IMG/VR virus record: IMGVR_UViG_3300037010_002844
Span: 186,001 to 250,000 of that record
DNA length: 64,000 nucleotides
Direction: 5' to 3' (one strand)
In this document: piece by piece, positions 10,236 through 19,790 of the stretch
Position numbering within the stretch: the stretch's first letter is position 1
Layout of the letters: each line of letters begins with the position of its first letter
Position numbers and translations under genes: made by a program
The notes under the pieces: generated by a model
Database searches by the model: none
What the model saw: the letters and a program-made list of their open reading frames with translations, nothing else
Told to the model about the DNA's origin: nothing

Positions 10236-12691
10236 GTATCCTCAACAAGTAGCGAGTTGGTAGTAATCGACGAACCGTACTTGTACGTGCTCAACATGGG
10301 CACGATCACGTAGTTGAACTCTCCACGATCGTGAGAAGACAATTTGTGCAGCCACTGGCATACGCCTCCTTGAAAGGTGGTGTGCGCCGTCCCAAGCACA
10401 GTCCGAAGACCGTGAACTTCCTTCATGATGATGAAGTGATCGATCATCTCCATGGGTCCCTCGACCCGCCAGTTGACAATTGCTAGTTCTTTGTTGAATC
10501 TGACGACAGATCCGTCGATGATCCTGGGCTCTGTCTCATCGAGAGAGACGTCGACGATAGTCGTTGACCCCAAGACGCCGTGTTCGAACGTGGTCTTCGA
10601 GTACTTTGTTTTCAAACCCGCAGGTGAAACAATGATCCCGCGCCGCAGTGTCAGTGGATGCAGAAATTTGGACGGCATGAAGCTGTATGGCTTCTTCGTC
10701 ACTGTATCAACTGCATTCTTCTCAAGCTTCTCGAGCACCGTCTCAGCGCTTCGAGCGACCGCGGTGATGACGTAGCGATACTTGTGGCCGTATTGCAACG
10801 ACTGTGTGGCAAACTTCTTACGCACCTCAGAATCATCAAAGTCAGGCTGCGTGATGACGCCTAGGTCCTCCCGTTCGCCCGTCATCAAATTGATCCTGTG
10901 GATCGAGTAGGCGAGCAGAGCCTTGAGCTCATCACGTTGCTTCGCAATGTCTCCATCAAAGTACGACTTGATGCCCTGTTGCTCCAGCAAGGCCTTGACG
11001 GCGTCAATGTTTGAATCGACGATGTCAAGAGACACGCTAAACGTCACGTTGGGTTCAGTATCGTGAGAAACGTTGATACCGCTGACCTTGATGTCGACCT
11101 TGCCTGGCGTGGCTAGAATGTACTCCAAAAGTTCTCCAGTGATTGTTTCCTGCGTGCCGCTGCGGAAGAACATTTTGGCCGCAAACTCATAGACGTTGTT
11201 GTCAAGCACATTCTGAGTGACGACTGCAACGTGGTCTGCCTGCCTGACGGCATCGTCGATCAACTGTGGGTCAGAGATGGGAGAAAATTCATCCTCAAAT
11301 GTCGTCTTGTTGCGCTGTAGGAATTGCAGCGCGATTACGTCAGGTGGAATGCGTCGAGCCTCGACTGAGACTCCATTCTCAATGATCGACGTGGTCAATG
11401 CCAATGCCCTGACAGGGCGGTACTTCTTGGGAGGAATGACGACGTTGGTGTACGTGAAGCCGACGATGCCCGAGTATGCTGGGACCACACGGTAGATTGC
11501 AGCATCATACGTTGGAGAATCAACCTGAACAATCGTCTTGTGACCTGAGCTCAGTTGCTGCACGTCGATCAAGACGTAGTCATCGTCATTGACCACTGCG
11601 GTGTTGATCGACTTCTTAAAGATGTGAACCTCGTTCGCACGAGGGTCTACCTGCACGATCTCTAGGTTAGCTCTTGACGAAATGTCTGACCTGACGCGTT
11701 GAACGTTGGGCTGTAGGAACGGGACCTTGAAGATGCGGACGTGCGTCGGAACATCGAGCGTCCGCGTGACAGTGTCGATGGCATGGTTGGTCGTGGTATC
11801 CAACAGTTCAAACTTAACGAACACGTCGGATGAGTCCCTCGAGCCCACCTTCTTAGACGGCGGCTTGAACTTGACGCGGACGGGCACCTCAACGTTGTCG
11901 ACGGGTTCAGTTGTCACGATGTTGACGAGACGATTTTCTTCGACCTGGTCAATCGTCTTGACGGGATCTAGCAGGCCCGGGTGAATCGTCAACTGGTTGC
12001 GCAACCGTGCCAATGTTCCATGCTCGGGTTCATAGCGTTGGATTGGTTCGTTGGTTCCTTGAAAGGCTCGCTGCGAGTAGATGTTGGAAGATGGCAGTTC
12101 AGAAACAGCCGATGGGTCGATCCCACGTTGCAGAATCAAGCGGTGAGCCAGGCGTTGCGTGTCTTCGCTGACCGACGAAGAGACCACACCGTGAATGTCG
12201 TTGACCTGTAGCTTAGTGACGTCAATGATGGGCTTCTTGTCGTTGGCGCTGATGAGTTCTCCTGCTGGGACCGCCTTGACGTATGCCTCGTGCAGCGCCT
12301 GAATTGCTGCCGGTCGCGTTCCCCTGAGGAACAGCGGGACCGCCTCGTTGTCGACCTTCGACGATGCGTCGCTCTTCTTGGAAACCAGAACGTGGTCCTC
12401 GCGGCTCTTGATGGCGCTCTTGGCGGCGGGCATGTCGGTGATGACGTTCTGAATCACTTCTTTGGCGTCGATCTTACCGAGACGTCCTCGGCCGACAATG
12501 GGCCGCTTCTTGACTGTCTTGGTGAAGACGCTGACGTTGACGGTCACGGTTCCCTGCTTCACCAGGTCGCTCTGCGCCGCTGTGTAGCGAAATTCAAAGT
12601 CTAGTGTGCCGTCCTGAAGAATGTCCTTCAGCGTTGCATACGCATCGGAGACCTGCAGAACGTTGTAGCGTCGGTTTACTCGATAGTACAT
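10232..12691 (-). CDS. Large hypothetical protein, probably structural
   Basis: Start moved to MYYRVN (12691), just downstream of the upstream gene's stop; beta-rich C-terminal Ig/FN3-like part. Confidence 0.7.
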   Translation of the reverse strand: MYYRVNRRYNVLQVSDAYATLKDILQDGTLDFEFRYTAAQSDLVKQGTVTVNVSVFTKTVKKRPIVGRGRLGKIDAKEVIQNVITDMPAAKSAIKSREDHVLVSKKSDASSKVDNEAVPLFLRGTRPAAIQALHEAYVKAVPAGELISANDKKPIIDVTKLQVNDIHGVVSSSVSEDTQRLAHRLILQRGIDPSAVSELPSSNIYSQRAFQGTNEPIQRYEPEHGTLARLRNQLTIHPGLLDPVKTIDQVEENRLVNIVTTEPVDNVEVPVRVKFKPPSKKVGSRDSSDVFVKFELLDTTTNHAIDTVTRTLDVPTHVRIFKVPFLQPNVQRVRSDISSRANLEIVQVDPRANEVHIFKKSINTAVVNDDDYVLIDVQQLSSGHKTIVQVDSPTYDAAIYRVVPAYSGIVGFTYTNVVIPPKKYRPVRALALTTSIIENGVSVEARRIPPDVIALQFLQRNKTTFEDEFSPISDPQLIDDAVRQADHVAVVTQNVLDNNVYEFAAKMFFRSGTQETITGELLEYILATPGKVDIKVSGINVSHDTEPNVTFSVSLDIVDSNIDAVKALLEQQGIKSYFDGDIAKQRDELKALLAYSIHRINLMTGEREDLGVITQPDFDDSEVRKKFATQSLQYGHKYRYVITAVARSAETVLEKLEKNAVDTVTKKPYSFMPSKFLHPLTLRRGIIVSPAGLKTKYSKTTFEHGVLGSTTIVDVSLDETEPRIIDGSVVRFNKELAIVNWRVEGPMEMIDHFIIMKEVHGLRTVLGTAHTTFQGGVCQWLHKLSSHDRGEFNYVIVPMLSTYKYGSSITTNSLLVEDT

Positions 12692-12695
12692 GTGA

Positions 12696-13736
12696 TCATC
12701 CGAAGAACAACGTAAACAGGTGAACAAAGGCGTGCGTTTGAGTGTCCGGCTTGGTCACCAGCTTGCCAACGAAGAAGATCTGACACACTGGTCCTGGGTC
12801 ATTCGGATCTGTCAACGCGGAATTTTTCACCATTGGCGTGTTCCAGGTACCAAAATCAATGATGTCCAGCTTGAACATCGTGTCATTGGTCACCTCAAAT
12901 GCCTGGATGAACAGGTTGTTGGCCCGAGATGTTGGATCAATGTTGATCTTTTTGGAATAGCCCATCGAGCCGAAATGCATCAGCTCACGGTGCAGGTCAA
13001 CGTGATTGAACTTGAACACATGTGACCGGCCCCAGGGGTGATAGTCGCCCAATGCAAATGCTTTGACGACGCGGTGATCAGACTTGTCAACGTTATCATG
13101 TTCAACCTTGTTGATCGGCGGCAGGAACTTGAAGTTCGGCAGATGACTCAACCGAGGATCAGCAAACACATCTTCGAGGTGATTGATGTTAGTTGAGTAA
13201 CCCGATTGCGCCGGAATGGGCCTGTCATTGTGAATGACGAACTCGATCTCATTGTTTCCGAGTGCAAAGCCCTCATCGTCAAAGATCGGATCCCTAGAAC
13301 CGATCAACATCTGTTTAGCGAAGTTGTCGATGGCACCCGTCAGGATCCCATGGGCCGCTTCGTTCATGACGTCTCCACGCAAGGTAGTTCCTTGCAGCGC
13401 CGAGCCCGTCAATGTCAACGTTGAGGGTGCAACAAATGAGTAGTCAATGATCTGACCGGACCTGACGACCTGATCACCCGAGGCATCAAATGGCAGCACT
13501 CGACCCAAATCGTCGGCCTGAAAGGTCACCTGATCCTGTGGCAGGTGACACGATTCGAGGTAAAGCCTGGCTGTCGCATCAGTTGAACCCGAGACCAGGT
13601 CGGCGGCGTAGAACGTCGCGCCGTCCGTGAAAGACACGTACTTGATGTTGATGCCACCATTGGCCAGTTGCTTGCGGCCTTCCAACGTTACGATGGTATC
13701 GAGAATGCGTGTCTTGCTGTCGAGTATTCCCGCCAT
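12696..13736 (-). CDS. Conserved phage structural protein, paralog of 3301..4017
   Basis: Start moved to MAGILDSKTRILDTIVTLEGRKQLA (13736). Confidence 0.65.
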   Translation of the reverse strand: MAGILDSKTRILDTIVTLEGRKQLANGGINIKYVSFTDGATFYAADLVSGSTDATARLYLESCHLPQDQVTFQADDLGRVLPFDASGDQVVRSGQIIDYSFVAPSTLTLTGSALQGTTLRGDVMNEAAHGILTGAIDNFAKQMLIGSRDPIFDDEGFALGNNEIEFVIHNDRPIPAQSGYSTNINHLEDVFADPRLSHLPNFKFLPPINKVEHDNVDKSDHRVVKAFALGDYHPWGRSHVFKFNHVDLHRELMHFGSMGYSKKINIDPTSRANNLFIQAFEVTNDTMFKLDIIDFGTWNTPMVKNSALTDPNDPGPVCQIFFVGKLVTKPDTQTHAFVHLFTLFFG

Positions 13737-13788
13737 GTCAACAGCAAATATACGGCAGCCGTGAATCAGCGGCCACCGGACATGCGAG

Positions 13789-13810
13789 TCGGGCCGGTTT
13801 CCCGGCCCGA
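13789..13810 (-). terminator. 9-bp GC stem with GAAA tetraloop after phoH (terminator or RNA-stabilising hairpin)
   Basis: TCGGGCCGG-GAAA-CCGGCCCGA on the minus strand; no clear U-tract. Confidence 0.4.
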
Positions 13811-13823
13811 TCATCAGAAGATC

Positions 13824-15209
13824 TCAGAGGATCTTGGAAGCGAGTGTCGCCAATTCGCTGCGCTCGCCCTTCAACATCGTCACGTGACCTGCAATCGGGT
13901 ACTCCTTGAAACGCTCGACGGCGTACGTCAGGCCATTGGAATACGCGTCAACATGAACATTGTCGATCTGTTCAATGTCGCCCGTCAGGACGATCTTGGT
14001 CCCGTCGCCAACACGAGTGATGATGGTTTTCAACTCATGCATCGACAGGTTCTGTGCCTCGTCGATGATGATGAAGGCATTCGGAATTGATCGACCACGA
14101 ATGAACGTGATCGCCTCGATCTCGATGAGGCCTCTGTCCTGCATTAGCGACAGATAGTACTCCTCCCGGTCAGACCCCTTGCGGCCCCTCGATGACTTCC
14201 GTGAACCCATCAAGAAATTGAGATTATCGCGGATTGGAGCAATCCACGGTTCCATCTTTTCTTCTAGGGTGCCCGGCAAGAAGCCGATGTCATGGCCCAA
14301 CGGTTGGACTGGACGGGTGACAATCAACTTTTCATACTTCGCCTTGCTCGGGTCGCCGACACCCTTCAACTGTTCGAGGGCAGCCGCAATTGCCAGCAAC
14401 GTCTTGCCGGTGCCCGAGGGTCCGACCAACGTCAACAACTTGATGTTCTCATCGAACAGTAGGTCCAACGAGAAGCTCTGCTCCTTGTTACGAGGCTTCA
14501 GCTTGAACGCCTGGTCGATCTTTGCAACAGGGATTAGTGGCTTATCATGAGAGATGCACTTGGTGATGGCAGACTTTGTCGTCTTGCCGTCCTGAGTGTT
14601 CTTGATGATGACGATCTGGTTCGGGTAGAGGCGATGTTCAGCCTTGACTTCAAGAGGAAGCTCGAGGTTACCTTCCATGTAGAACTTGTCGACCAAGGTC
14701 TCCGGGACCTCGATCACGTCGACGCCGCGATAGAACTGCTTGGGATCGTTCGTCACCCGCATCTTGAGGTAATCCTCGCAGCGAATGTTCAACGAATCGC
14801 ACTTCAGACGAACATTGATGTCCTTCGACACCAGGATCGCCGCGTCCTCATCGCTGTTCTTGAACTGCATCATGAAGGCGATGATCATGTTGTCGACCTT
14901 AGGATTCGGCGAGCGCAGCTCGAACGGCAGATCCTTAGCCTTGTCAGCCTGGATCGTTGCCACACGAAGCTTGCCACCCTGTGCGAGAGTCACTCCCTCA
15001 AAGAGGCTGCCTTTCACTCGCATGTCGTCAAGCGACCTACTGACGGTACGGGCATTCCTGCCGACCTCGTCCTGCCTGCTCTTGTGGTGATCGAGTTCCT
15101 CGAGAACCACCATTGGAACGACCACGTCATTTTCCTCAAACGAAAAGATCGAGTTGGGGTCGCTCAGCAAGACATTGGTGTCAAGAACGTACGTCTTCTT
15201 TTTACTCAC
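13824..15209 (-). CDS. phoH: PIN-domain PhoH-family ATPase (PhoH2-like)
   Basis: N-terminal PIN YVLDTNVLL...ELD; Walker A GPSGTGKT; GFLPG, RGRS, IIDEAQN and GDIEQID motifs. Confidence 0.93.
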   Translation of the reverse strand: MSKKKTYVLDTNVLLSDPNSIFSFEENDVVVPMVVLEELDHHKSRQDEVGRNARTVSRSLDDMRVKGSLFEGVTLAQGGKLRVATIQADKAKDLPFELRSPNPKVDNMIIAFMMQFKNSDEDAAILVSKDINVRLKCDSLNIRCEDYLKMRVTNDPKQFYRGVDVIEVPETLVDKFYMEGNLELPLEVKAEHRLYPNQIVIIKNTQDGKTTKSAITKCISHDKPLIPVAKIDQAFKLKPRNKEQSFSLDLLFDENIKLLTLVGPSGTGKTLLAIAAALEQLKGVGDPSKAKYEKLIVTRPVQPLGHDIGFLPGTLEEKMEPWIAPIRDNLNFLMGSRKSSRGRKGSDREEYYLSLMQDRGLIEIEAITFIRGRSIPNAFIIIDEAQNLSMHELKTIITRVGDGTKIVLTGDIEQIDNVHVDAYSNGLTYAVERFKEYPIAGHVTMLKGERSELATLASKIL

Positions 15210-15278
15210 AGTGTGTATCTCCGGGGCTCTCTTCCTGTCGTCACCGTTACCACTACCTCAGTAGTACGATCGGATCGG

Positions 15279-15294
15279 ATTCTTGTACAAGAAT
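15279..15294. promoter_or_regulatory. Perfect 16-bp palindrome, candidate operator
   Basis: ATTCTTGTACAAGAAT in the divergent gap between phoH and the HTH gene. Confidence 0.4.
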
Positions 15295-15337
15295 GCCTCC
15301 TCACGTTACTGTATACCACAAGAGGAGATATGTGGTG

Positions 15338-15616
15338 ATGCAGAATGGAAAGAGGCGCCTCAACGTTGTCCAAGAAGGAACCATCGTCGAAGGCGCCACG
15401 TGTTTTTCAGTACTCTCAAGACACGACATTGATTGTCAACGGAAGCGGTGTCCGCACTGGATCTCATATCCTGATGGTCACAATTGTGTCATGATCGCAG
15501 CGTCTGAAGGTCCTCATACATTGCAAGAGATCGGAAAGATCTACGGCCTGACAAGGATGAGGATTTGTCAGATTGAAAAGGGAATCTACGAGAAAATCCG
15601 CCGAGCCAGCCGTTAG
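15338..15616 (+). CDS. Cys/His-rich protein with sigma-70 region-4-like HTH
   Basis: AGAGGAG upstream; HTLQEIGKIYGLTRMRICQIEK resembles the sigma4 HTH; N-terminal Cys cluster. Confidence 0.75.
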   Translation: MQNGKRRLNVVQEGTIVEGATCFSVLSRHDIDCQRKRCPHWISYPDGHNCVMIAASEGPHTLQEIGKIYGLTRMRICQIEKGIYEKIRRASR

Positions 15617-15978
15617 GCCTTTTCCGCAGCCTTCTTGCCACCGCGCTTCTTGGCCGTCTCTTCGGTCTCGGCATGTTCCGCGACCTTCTCGACGGTCTTT
15701 TCTTCGACAACAGCCGCCTTTGTCTCTTCAACCGGCGCCTTTACCTCGACCGCCTTGGGCGGTTCAGGGGCGGGCAGTGGTGGAGGCGAAGGCGTTGCTG
15801 CTTCGACCTTCTTCGGTTCAGGCTTTGGTTCCGGCTTCTTATGTTCCTCGACCTTGACGACAGGCTGATGACCAGCGGGCTTAGCCAGACGGCCAGTCCC
15901 GTGAATGGTGGTGTGTGCGACCGTTGGATCAAGCTTAAAGTCAGTGATGTCGGCGAGTACTGCTCGAGGTGAAGGCAT
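15613..15978 (-). CDS. Pro/Lys/Glu-rich low-complexity protein
   Basis: GGAG upstream; KPEPKPEPKK and PSPPPLPAPEPP tracts. Confidence 0.65.
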   Translation of the reverse strand: MPSPRAVLADITDFKLDPTVAHTTIHGTGRLAKPAGHQPVVKVEEHKKPEPKPEPKKVEAATPSPPPLPAPEPPKAVEVKAPVEETKAAVVEEKTVEKVAEHAETEETAKKRGGKKAAEKA

Positions 15979-16019
15979 GTTTTCTCCTGTGATGCTAAAT
16001 ACAACCTCAGAAACGAGAA

Positions 16020-16041
16020 TGCCCCGGCGATGACCGGGGCA
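16020..16041 (-). terminator. Putative intrinsic terminator after the Hc1-like gene
   Basis: TGCCCCGG-6 nt-CCGGGGCA stem followed by a weak T-rich tail on the minus strand. Confidence 0.45.
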
Positions 16042-16071
16042 ACCTCTGACACACTGCTGCGCAGTTGATGA

Positions 16072-16323
16072 TCAGGACTTCTTGGGCGCCTTGCCGGGAG
16101 CCTTCGAGGCCTTTGCCGACTTCTCAGTCTTCTTGACCTTGTCGAGTTCGACCGTCAGCTTGACGAGCTCCGTCGCCTTGATCTTCAGAGTCCGCAGACC
16201 CTTCCGGGCACGCACGCCGGCCGCTGCGGTGCCGCGGGCGTTCTTCGCCACATCAAGCTCGATCGACGACATGACTTCCTTGATCTCATTCCACTTAGCA
16301 AGCACCTGATTGTCGGTATCCAT
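16072..16323 (-). CDS. Histone H1-like (Hc1-type) nucleoid protein
   Basis: GTAAAGVRARKGLRTLK motif plus Lys/Ala-rich tail; AGGAGG upstream. Confidence 0.7.
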   Translation of the reverse strand: MDTDNQVLAKWNEIKEVMSSIELDVAKNARGTAAAGVRARKGLRTLKIKATELVKLTVELDKVKKTEKSAKASKAPGKAPKKS

Positions 16324-16401
16324 TCTTAGTGTCCTCCTAGAATAGGTATACGCCTCACAGGCAACCAGTAAAGGAAAGGTGATGTGGGTGTGCGTAGAGC
16401 A

Positions 16402-18063
16402 CTATGACAACGCCTTTGAAAACTCTTCAGGGAACATACGCCCGTTCATCCTGTAGAACCTTTCCCAGTCTGCGTCGAGAATGTACGAGACAGCGTGGTC
16501 AGTCTCATTGCGAACTGATCGACCCATCGCCTGGATGATCGACTTGACCGTCTGATACGTGTACCATGCCTTGTTCTTGGCCATTCGCTTCTTGATGACT
16601 GCGTCGCCGAGGTACGGAAACGGGACCTTACACAAGATCTGGAACCTGCTCGCTTCATCAGCGAGGTCAACGCCTTCCATCATCGACGGCGACAGCAACA
16701 CCGTTGGGTCGGTACCCTCGAGGTGCTGATGCAACACTGCATCGCGGTTGGTCGAATCGTGGTTCAACAACCTGTTTGACTTAACGTGGTCCTTGACATA
16801 CTGAGCGATACGATAGTTGACGCAGTGAATGATGCCCTTCTCATTCGGGTGTTGGTCGATCAACATCTTGACAGCCTCTGCAAGAGCGGGCAGTGTCTTT
16901 TCGATGTTGTCCATCGACATTGACCCAGCTGGGATGTAGTGCACTGGCCTATTCTCGGGTGGGAAAGGCGACGGAATGCTGAGGAACGCCACGTCGACCG
17001 GATCGAGGCCAATCGACTTGCAAAAGACGTCCTTGTCAACAACTGTCGCTGACATCATCAACGTCCGCCCGCCCATCCTGAACAGCGAATCGTAACTGAA
17101 CTCTGAGACATCGATGGTTTTGAACTCGAACTTTCGCATGCCTCGAGCCCCAGCGGGCGGCCGCACCACGTTCATCACCCAGTTGTCGGGCTTGTATGCC
17201 GTTAAGAAGCGATTGACCTTGCAAATGTGCTTGTCGAGCATCTCGTACTGCTTGCTGAGGTCGTCAAAGCCTGACCCAGAAGAGTCGAACTTTGACTGCA
17301 ACTCCTTCTCAACGTTGCGGATATACTTACCCAAGGCCGTCTTATACGTCTTTGAGATCCACTCGTAGACGGCCTCCTGAGTGTTCAGGACTGGCACGCG
17401 GCACTTCAGCACCTGCTTAGCAAACTTCTCAGAGAAGGTGACCTCGATGAACTTGCCGAGCTCTTGCTCGGTATTGTGACACTCGTCGACGATCAACAAT
17501 GCCCTGGGCTTCAGTTGCTTGCCGTACGTCGTCTCAGAGAGGAAGTACGAGAAGTTGGTGATGGAGATGGGCGACTCCAGAAAGTCAGCCTTGTCTTTGG
17601 CGTACCTACAGCAGCCGCCCTTGCCACAGTGCTTCTGAAACTCGGTCCCGAAGATTCGCTTTCCGAGCTGCTTCAGCACACGTCGGGATTCAGCACACGT
17701 CTGGTCTTGATAGAACCCGCACTGGTAGTTGGTCGACGACTTGATGCTGCGCATCAGGTTACGAGCTGGGCCAACGCCTGGGCCAAAGTCATCGAGATAC
17801 TGCTGCTGCAACACCTTCTGCGTCGTCAGGATGTAAGCACCCGACAGAGGCATGTTTTCCTCATCGAGTGTCACCTCACCGTGTGCTTCAAGGTAACGAG
17901 CGATACAGACGCCGGTCGCGGACTTGCCACAACCCGTGCCCATCTCGAGGATGACATAGCGCTTGCCGGACTCGTAGGCATCGAGTGCAAACTCAATTGC
18001 CTTCCGTTGTTCATCACGGATATTAGAGAACGGAAAATACCGCACGTAGTCATGCTTAGGCAT
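16402..18063 (-). CDS. DinG/XPD-family SF2 helicase
   Basis: Q motif (RDEQ), GTGCGKS, DECH, SAT, MMEGVD, QAMGRSVR; Fe-S-type Cys cluster. Confidence 0.9.
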   Translation of the reverse strand: MPKHDYVRYFPFSNIRDEQRKAIEFALDAYESGKRYVILEMGTGCGKSATGVCIARYLEAHGEVTLDEENMPLSGAYILTTQKVLQQQYLDDFGPGVGPARNLMRSIKSSTNYQCGFYQDQTCAESRRVLKQLGKRIFGTEFQKHCGKGGCCRYAKDKADFLESPISITNFSYFLSETTYGKQLKPRALLIVDECHNTEQELGKFIEVTFSEKFAKQVLKCRVPVLNTQEAVYEWISKTYKTALGKYIRNVEKELQSKFDSSGSGFDDLSKQYEMLDKHICKVNRFLTAYKPDNWVMNVVRPPAGARGMRKFEFKTIDVSEFSYDSLFRMGGRTLMMSATVVDKDVFCKSIGLDPVDVAFLSIPSPFPPENRPVHYIPAGSMSMDNIEKTLPALAEAVKMLIDQHPNEKGIIHCVNYRIAQYVKDHVKSNRLLNHDSTNRDAVLHQHLEGTDPTVLLSPSMMEGVDLADEASRFQILCKVPFPYLGDAVIKKRMAKNKAWYTYQTVKSIIQAMGRSVRNETDHAVSYILDADWERFYRMNGRMFPEEFSKALS

Positions 18064-18106
18064 TTGGGTTTCATCGTACCCAACGCCTTGAGCGGTCTAC
18101 ACGGTC

Positions 18107-18745
18107 TCAGTCGCTGTCACCGACAATTTTGTCAACGATTCCGAGCTTGATGGCCTCGTCTGGGGTCAAATAACAGTCGTGCCCGACCTTCATGATCTCC
18201 TGCACCTTCTTCTTGGAGATCTTCGTCTCCTTGACCAAGGCGTCCATCATCAACTCCTGCAGTCGAGCGTGTTCCTTGGCCTCATTCATCACGTCAAAGA
18301 CGGTGCCGATGGCTCCACCTGAAATGGGATGAATCATGATACGCGCGGAGCGGCCAATCATGCGCTTGCCTTTGACACCGCTCGCGAGCAGGAGCACGCC
18401 TGCGGACATTACCTTGCCCAAGGCGATGGTGTGGACCGGGCACGGCAGGAACTTGATAGTATCGTAGAGGCTAAACATCTCATCGACGGAACCGCCGTAC
18501 GTGGAGATGACCAGGTGAATGGGCTTGTGATTCTGGTTCGCCAGGTCCAACAGTTGGACGATGACAGCAGAGATGGTGTGCTCTGTCACGTCACCGTGCA
18601 GCACCACGATTCTTGCTGACGATTGCTGCTGGAATGCGAGCGATTGCAACAGCATCTCTTCCGGCGACGCCGTGGGTGCAGTGCTGACTGCGGTGGGCAC
18701 GTTCTTTCTCTCACCGATCGATCGACCCATCTGGTTCCTCTCCAT
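18107..18745 (-). CDS. clpP: ClpP-like serine protease subunit
   Basis: STYGGSV, VMSAG (Ser), MIHP (His), D in HDCYL, EAIKLGIVD. Confidence 0.9.
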   Translation of the reverse strand: MERNQMGRSIGERKNVPTAVSTAPTASPEEMLLQSLAFQQQSSARIVVLHGDVTEHTISAVIVQLLDLANQNHKPIHLVISTYGGSVDEMFSLYDTIKFLPCPVHTIALGKVMSAGVLLLASGVKGKRMIGRSARIMIHPISGGAIGTVFDVMNEAKEHARLQELMMDALVKETKISKKKVQEIMKVGHDCYLTPDEAIKLGIVDKIVGDSD

Positions 18746-18962
18746 CAGAAAGGAAGACGTCCTTTCCGCAACGTTCTTTGATGATACTCGTGAAGGCCTT
18801 GAGGTTCTCCACGTTCTCTAGCTCCATAGCAAGAAGATACATGATGAGCACTCGCTGACGCTCATTGACGCCGAAGTTACCAATCTCGCTGACGATCTGA
18901 CGAGCGACTTGGTTTTCTTCCGCACGGCGGTCCGACTCAGACTTTCCGTACAGCTGATTCAC
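18711..18962 (-). CDS. Hypothetical protein
   Basis: 83 aa, coupled to its neighbours. Confidence 0.7.
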   Translation of the reverse strand: MNQLYGKSESDRRAEENQVARQIVSEIGNFGVNERQRVLIMYLLAMELENVENLKAFTSIIKERCGKDVFLSDGEEPDGSIDR

Positions 18963-19447
18963 CTTGCGTACTCCTCGCGTGAGAATGCATTGACCTTGAA
19001 AAGATTCTCTCCCAAGATCTGAACGTATTTGCCTTGGCGCGTGCCTTCTTCAACGTCGGTGGCCAACACCACAAACTCGCCCCAGCGCTTGTTCTCATAG
19101 ATAAATTGTGCTGCCTCCCAGGTTGGCAGGTCGGCGCCATTGACGTCCAGGATGTTGGCTAGGTTTGCTGGCAGTGATGCCTTGACATCATCGATCGTCA
19201 TGACAGAGCTGAAGGCCTCACGGCCAGTGACCTCTGACTTACAGACGTCAATGACCTTGTGAATGCGTCCGCAGTTATTGCACTGCGCATATTTCACGAT
19301 CAACTTGTCGTCATCGCCCATGATCGAAAAGACGACGAACTGATGCGGCGGCGGCTCCGGCAAGTTCTTGAACTGCGGCATCACGCACCGGCAACGGATG
19401 AGGTGTTTCAGACCTGATGGCATGTCACCCGACCCTAAACCTGACAT
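18959..19447 (-). CDS. Hypothetical protein with possible Zn-binding Cys motifs
   Basis: CRC and CNNC..H motifs; overlaps the downstream gene. Confidence 0.7.
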   Translation of the reverse strand: MSGLGSGDMPSGLKHLIRCRCVMPQFKNLPEPPPHQFVVFSIMGDDDKLIVKYAQCNNCGRIHKVIDVCKSEVTGREAFSSVMTIDDVKASLPANLANILDVNGADLPTWEAAQFIYENKRWGEFVVLATDVEEGTRQGKYVQILGENLFKVNAFSREEYAR

Positions 19448-19471
19448 CCTTGATGAATTTGGACCACCAGC

Positions 19472-19726
19472 TCACTTTTTTTTCGTAGTTGGGCGGTGAT
19501 CCTTTGCGGCTTCCCCCAACGCTGCATCAACTTCCTTGTCAAAGACGCTGAAACCTTTGTGATAACCAGCTTCGATTGAGGCAGAAATGAGGTTCAACAG
19601 CTGCTGAGCTGTCGCTGCCTCAACCTTGCCGTCACGGATTGCATCGGCGACGTCCTTGACCACTGAGTCCCTCATGGCCTGCATCTGATTCCAGGCCGCC
19701 TTGCCGATCTTGTCTTTGGGTTGCAT
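19472..19726 (-). CDS. Hypothetical helical protein
   Basis: 84 aa ORF co-directional with its neighbours. Confidence 0.65.
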   Translation of the reverse strand: MQPKDKIGKAAWNQMQAMRDSVVKDVADAIRDGKVEAATAQQLLNLISASIEAGYHKGFSVFDKEVDAALGEAAKDHRPTTKKK

Positions 19727-19790
19727 GAATGTGGATCCTATGATGAAGGTAACACACCTACTTACCTAGTAAAAGGTGAGGAACAATAAA

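Noticed and set aside
14547-15338. Long shadow ORFs (also 17464..18150, 47847..48587, 36716..37300, 38963..39523 and many others)
   Set aside because: They lie antisense to or overlap well-supported genes, as expected for GC-rich DNA with codon bias, and have no motifs.
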